From Raillietiella orientalis (taxonomy: Eukaryota): a stretch of 64,000 bases of DNA. Made by a program: the position numbers and the translations under genes. The notes under the pieces are model-generated. The model had not been told where the DNA came from, did not search any database, and saw only the letters and a program-made list of their open reading frames with translations. Position 1 is the first letter of the stretch; each line of letters opens with the position of its first letter. Location: contig JAYWIR010000018.1 of the NCBI GenBank assembly GCA_036172245.1, positions 434,001 through 498,000 of the forward strand, read 5' to 3'. Positions 62,100-64,000 of the stretch are shown here, one piece after another.

Positions 62100-64000
62100 C
62101 GTGCAACGGCGTTGATTACCGCTCTGTCAGGCGCGGTGGATCCTGAGGTGAAGAAAGACTTTGGACTTCTCCTTCCCCTCCACGCTTGCGAAGGCACCCC
62201 AATTCTTGTTGGGGTGCAAGCACTAGAAGGAGCTCGGGGTACTCCGAGCCAGCCGTGAATTCAGCTGCATCATTTTCTGGATTCCTGACGGCTCCATCCT
62301 CCACCGACAGCAGCGAAAAAGAATCAAGGCAAGACTTCCGGGACCCGGAAGCCTCTCTCTGCGCTCGTGGGGAAGGACGGACACACGCGGCGGGCGTGTG
62401 CCCTGCAGGCAACCTGGCCCGCCCCATCTGACGGCAGCAGGTGGCAACGCTTCGCTTCTTGGAGGGCGGAAGTCGCGTCGCAGCCTGGAGCGCCGTCGGA
62501 ACTGCAGGCTGCGGGGAAGCCGGTACTCATGGGGACCCTGCGACCTTTCTGACCTCCCGCCGTGGGTTCGAGAGCTCCTTCCTCTTTTCCCTCCTGGCTG
62601 GAGCTCTTCGCTTCCTTCAGGCTAATCTGCCTGGATCCGGGAAGACCACCGGTCCTCTTGTCAGCAGTATTCGGGAAAGGGCGCGAGGCGAATTAGATGC
62701 AGCGCTCCAGAAGGGACTCCGCCGCTTCCCGTGGGTGCCGATCGTATTGTCCTCCCGTGAGGTCGGGCCCGTTGACGGCGCCTCTCTGGAGAATCCTCCC
62801 TCGTGTCGGTTGTACTCCGAAGGCACGACTTCCTCGGATGGAAGAAAAGAGAGACCAAGACAGGGTAAGGGAGCGGGGGCGGAGGGCGCCTTCCAGGCTG
62901 GGATGAGAAGAGAGGCAAGGATCGCCGCGCGCCTATCCACTGCTCTCTTGGGCGCGCTCGAAGGCGCTCGCTTTGCCCAACTGACGTCGCTCGCGGAGGT
63001 CCCCTGGGAAGTTCCCCCGGAAGCACTGTCCCTCCTCTCCACGGAGGGGCTCCTGGCCGCTCAGGGGAATCACTCCGTCTCGGAGGAGGGGAGAACTGGA
63101 GAGGAGACGAGAGACTTTCGGCCGCCGGAAGGCGCTTTCAGTACGTCTCGCCCTTCCGGGAACCACTCCGGAGACTGCTTGGTTGAGCTGCGTGATCTAC
63201 CCACTCCCTTCCCGGATGATGCTGTGAGCCGCGATGGCGTCCGCGATTAGAGCGGGGGAGGACGGCAGTGAAGAAGGGCTGAGGAGAAGGGGTTCGTCCT
63301 CCGCTACGGCGCGCTCCCTCCCGACCCGTGATGAGCGGAGCGCCCTCTGATGAAAACGGTTAGTTGCTTGGAGCGAGGCGGGGAAGTTGCTCCTGACCGC
63401 TTGCGCTCTGAAGAAAGGAGGATAGGGCGCGACCGGTGGGTTCAGTCCAAGGAGCGTGCGACCCTGCATGAACCGGAGGGAGGAGCGCGCGGCTCGACGA
63501 GTGACTTTCCTCTCGGATCTCACGCGGGGGCGGATCCTTTGCGACCTCCCTTTGGGAACGGCAACTTCCTCTTCCCATTCCTTGAGCTCCAAGCCGTTTT
63601 TCCTCTGTGCATATGGCGAACCTGAGCCCAACGCATGTGACCCGGGATGCACTCGTGAGCTTTGGGCTTTCTCTGCCCTGATCACTGGGCAGGAGGCTCG
63701 CGCCTCCCGCTCGACCATGCCATCGAAGCTTGGGATCTCTCGGGATCGAGGGAGTGCCAACTTAGCTCCCGCGCTCCCTGGAGCGTCCCTACTGATGCTC
63801 CCGGAAAGGGACATGTCTTAACGACCAGTGGGCGCTGTTGGGTAAGGCATAAGAGGCGATGCCCTTCCCCCATCGTGTCCATGGCGTCATCTGAAACCCA
63901 GGAGATCCTTCTCCTCTCTTCTCTCCTCTCAAGGTGGCTCCTTTGCCATTAGAGAGTCCTCCTCGGGTGGCAGCCTGGTGAAACCGCCCAAAGGCAAGGA
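62100..64000 (-). mobile_element. Decayed L1/Tx1-like LINE 5' part, running off the window end
   Basis: ORF1-like REIPSFDGMV plus low-complexity tail, then APE-like PSKKRSVATCC...LPAGHT and LLLVLAP. Confidence 0.45.

Noticed and set aside
62617..62660. LPGSGKTT P-loop-like string in ORF 62441-63250
   Set aside because: It lacks the first Gly of GxxxxGKT, has no Walker B, and lies antisense to a LINE remnant.
32817..63952. Many long ORFs (200-408 aa) in the GC-rich half
   Set aside because: They overlap on both strands and are rich in R/G/P/A/S. They are explained by stop-codon scarcity in GC-rich decayed LINE sequence, and the real motifs hop between frames.
1..64000. CRISPR arrays, rRNA, operons or other prokaryotic systems
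   Set aside because: No regularly spaced repeats, rRNA-like sequence or intact bacterial genes were seen; the context is intron-containing eukaryotic DNA.

Overview
Eukaryotic genomic DNA, probably arthropod-like: it has GT-AG introns, microsatellites and no operons. Most of the ORF track is spurious. The window has three parts. (1) AT-rich islands (~1-640, ~7.5-11.4 kb, ~14.2-15 kb, ~17-21 kb) carry host-type exons: a minus-strand gene or pseudogene built from repeated dsRNA-binding domains (dsRBDs), with a perfect 21-bp hairpin in one intron, and a divergent PARP-like fragment. (2) Two clean coding exons of a CDGSH Fe-S protein gene (CISD3/MiNT-like) lie at 26.7-28.0 kb. (3) A dense set of heavily decayed transposons fills the rest (RTE, CR1/L2, R2-like, Ty3/Gypsy, MULE, hAT, piggyBac, Tc1-like, CACTA-like). 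These end in a ~31-kb GC-rich block (33-64 kb) of scrambled L1/Tx1-like LINE fragments in both orientations. That block contains a near-perfect 875-bp inverted repeat and a decayed bacterial dihydrolipoamide dehydrogenase (lpdA) gene that looks Wolbachia-derived. All family assignments come from manual translation and recalled motifs; no database search was run. Boundaries of decayed elements are approximate.
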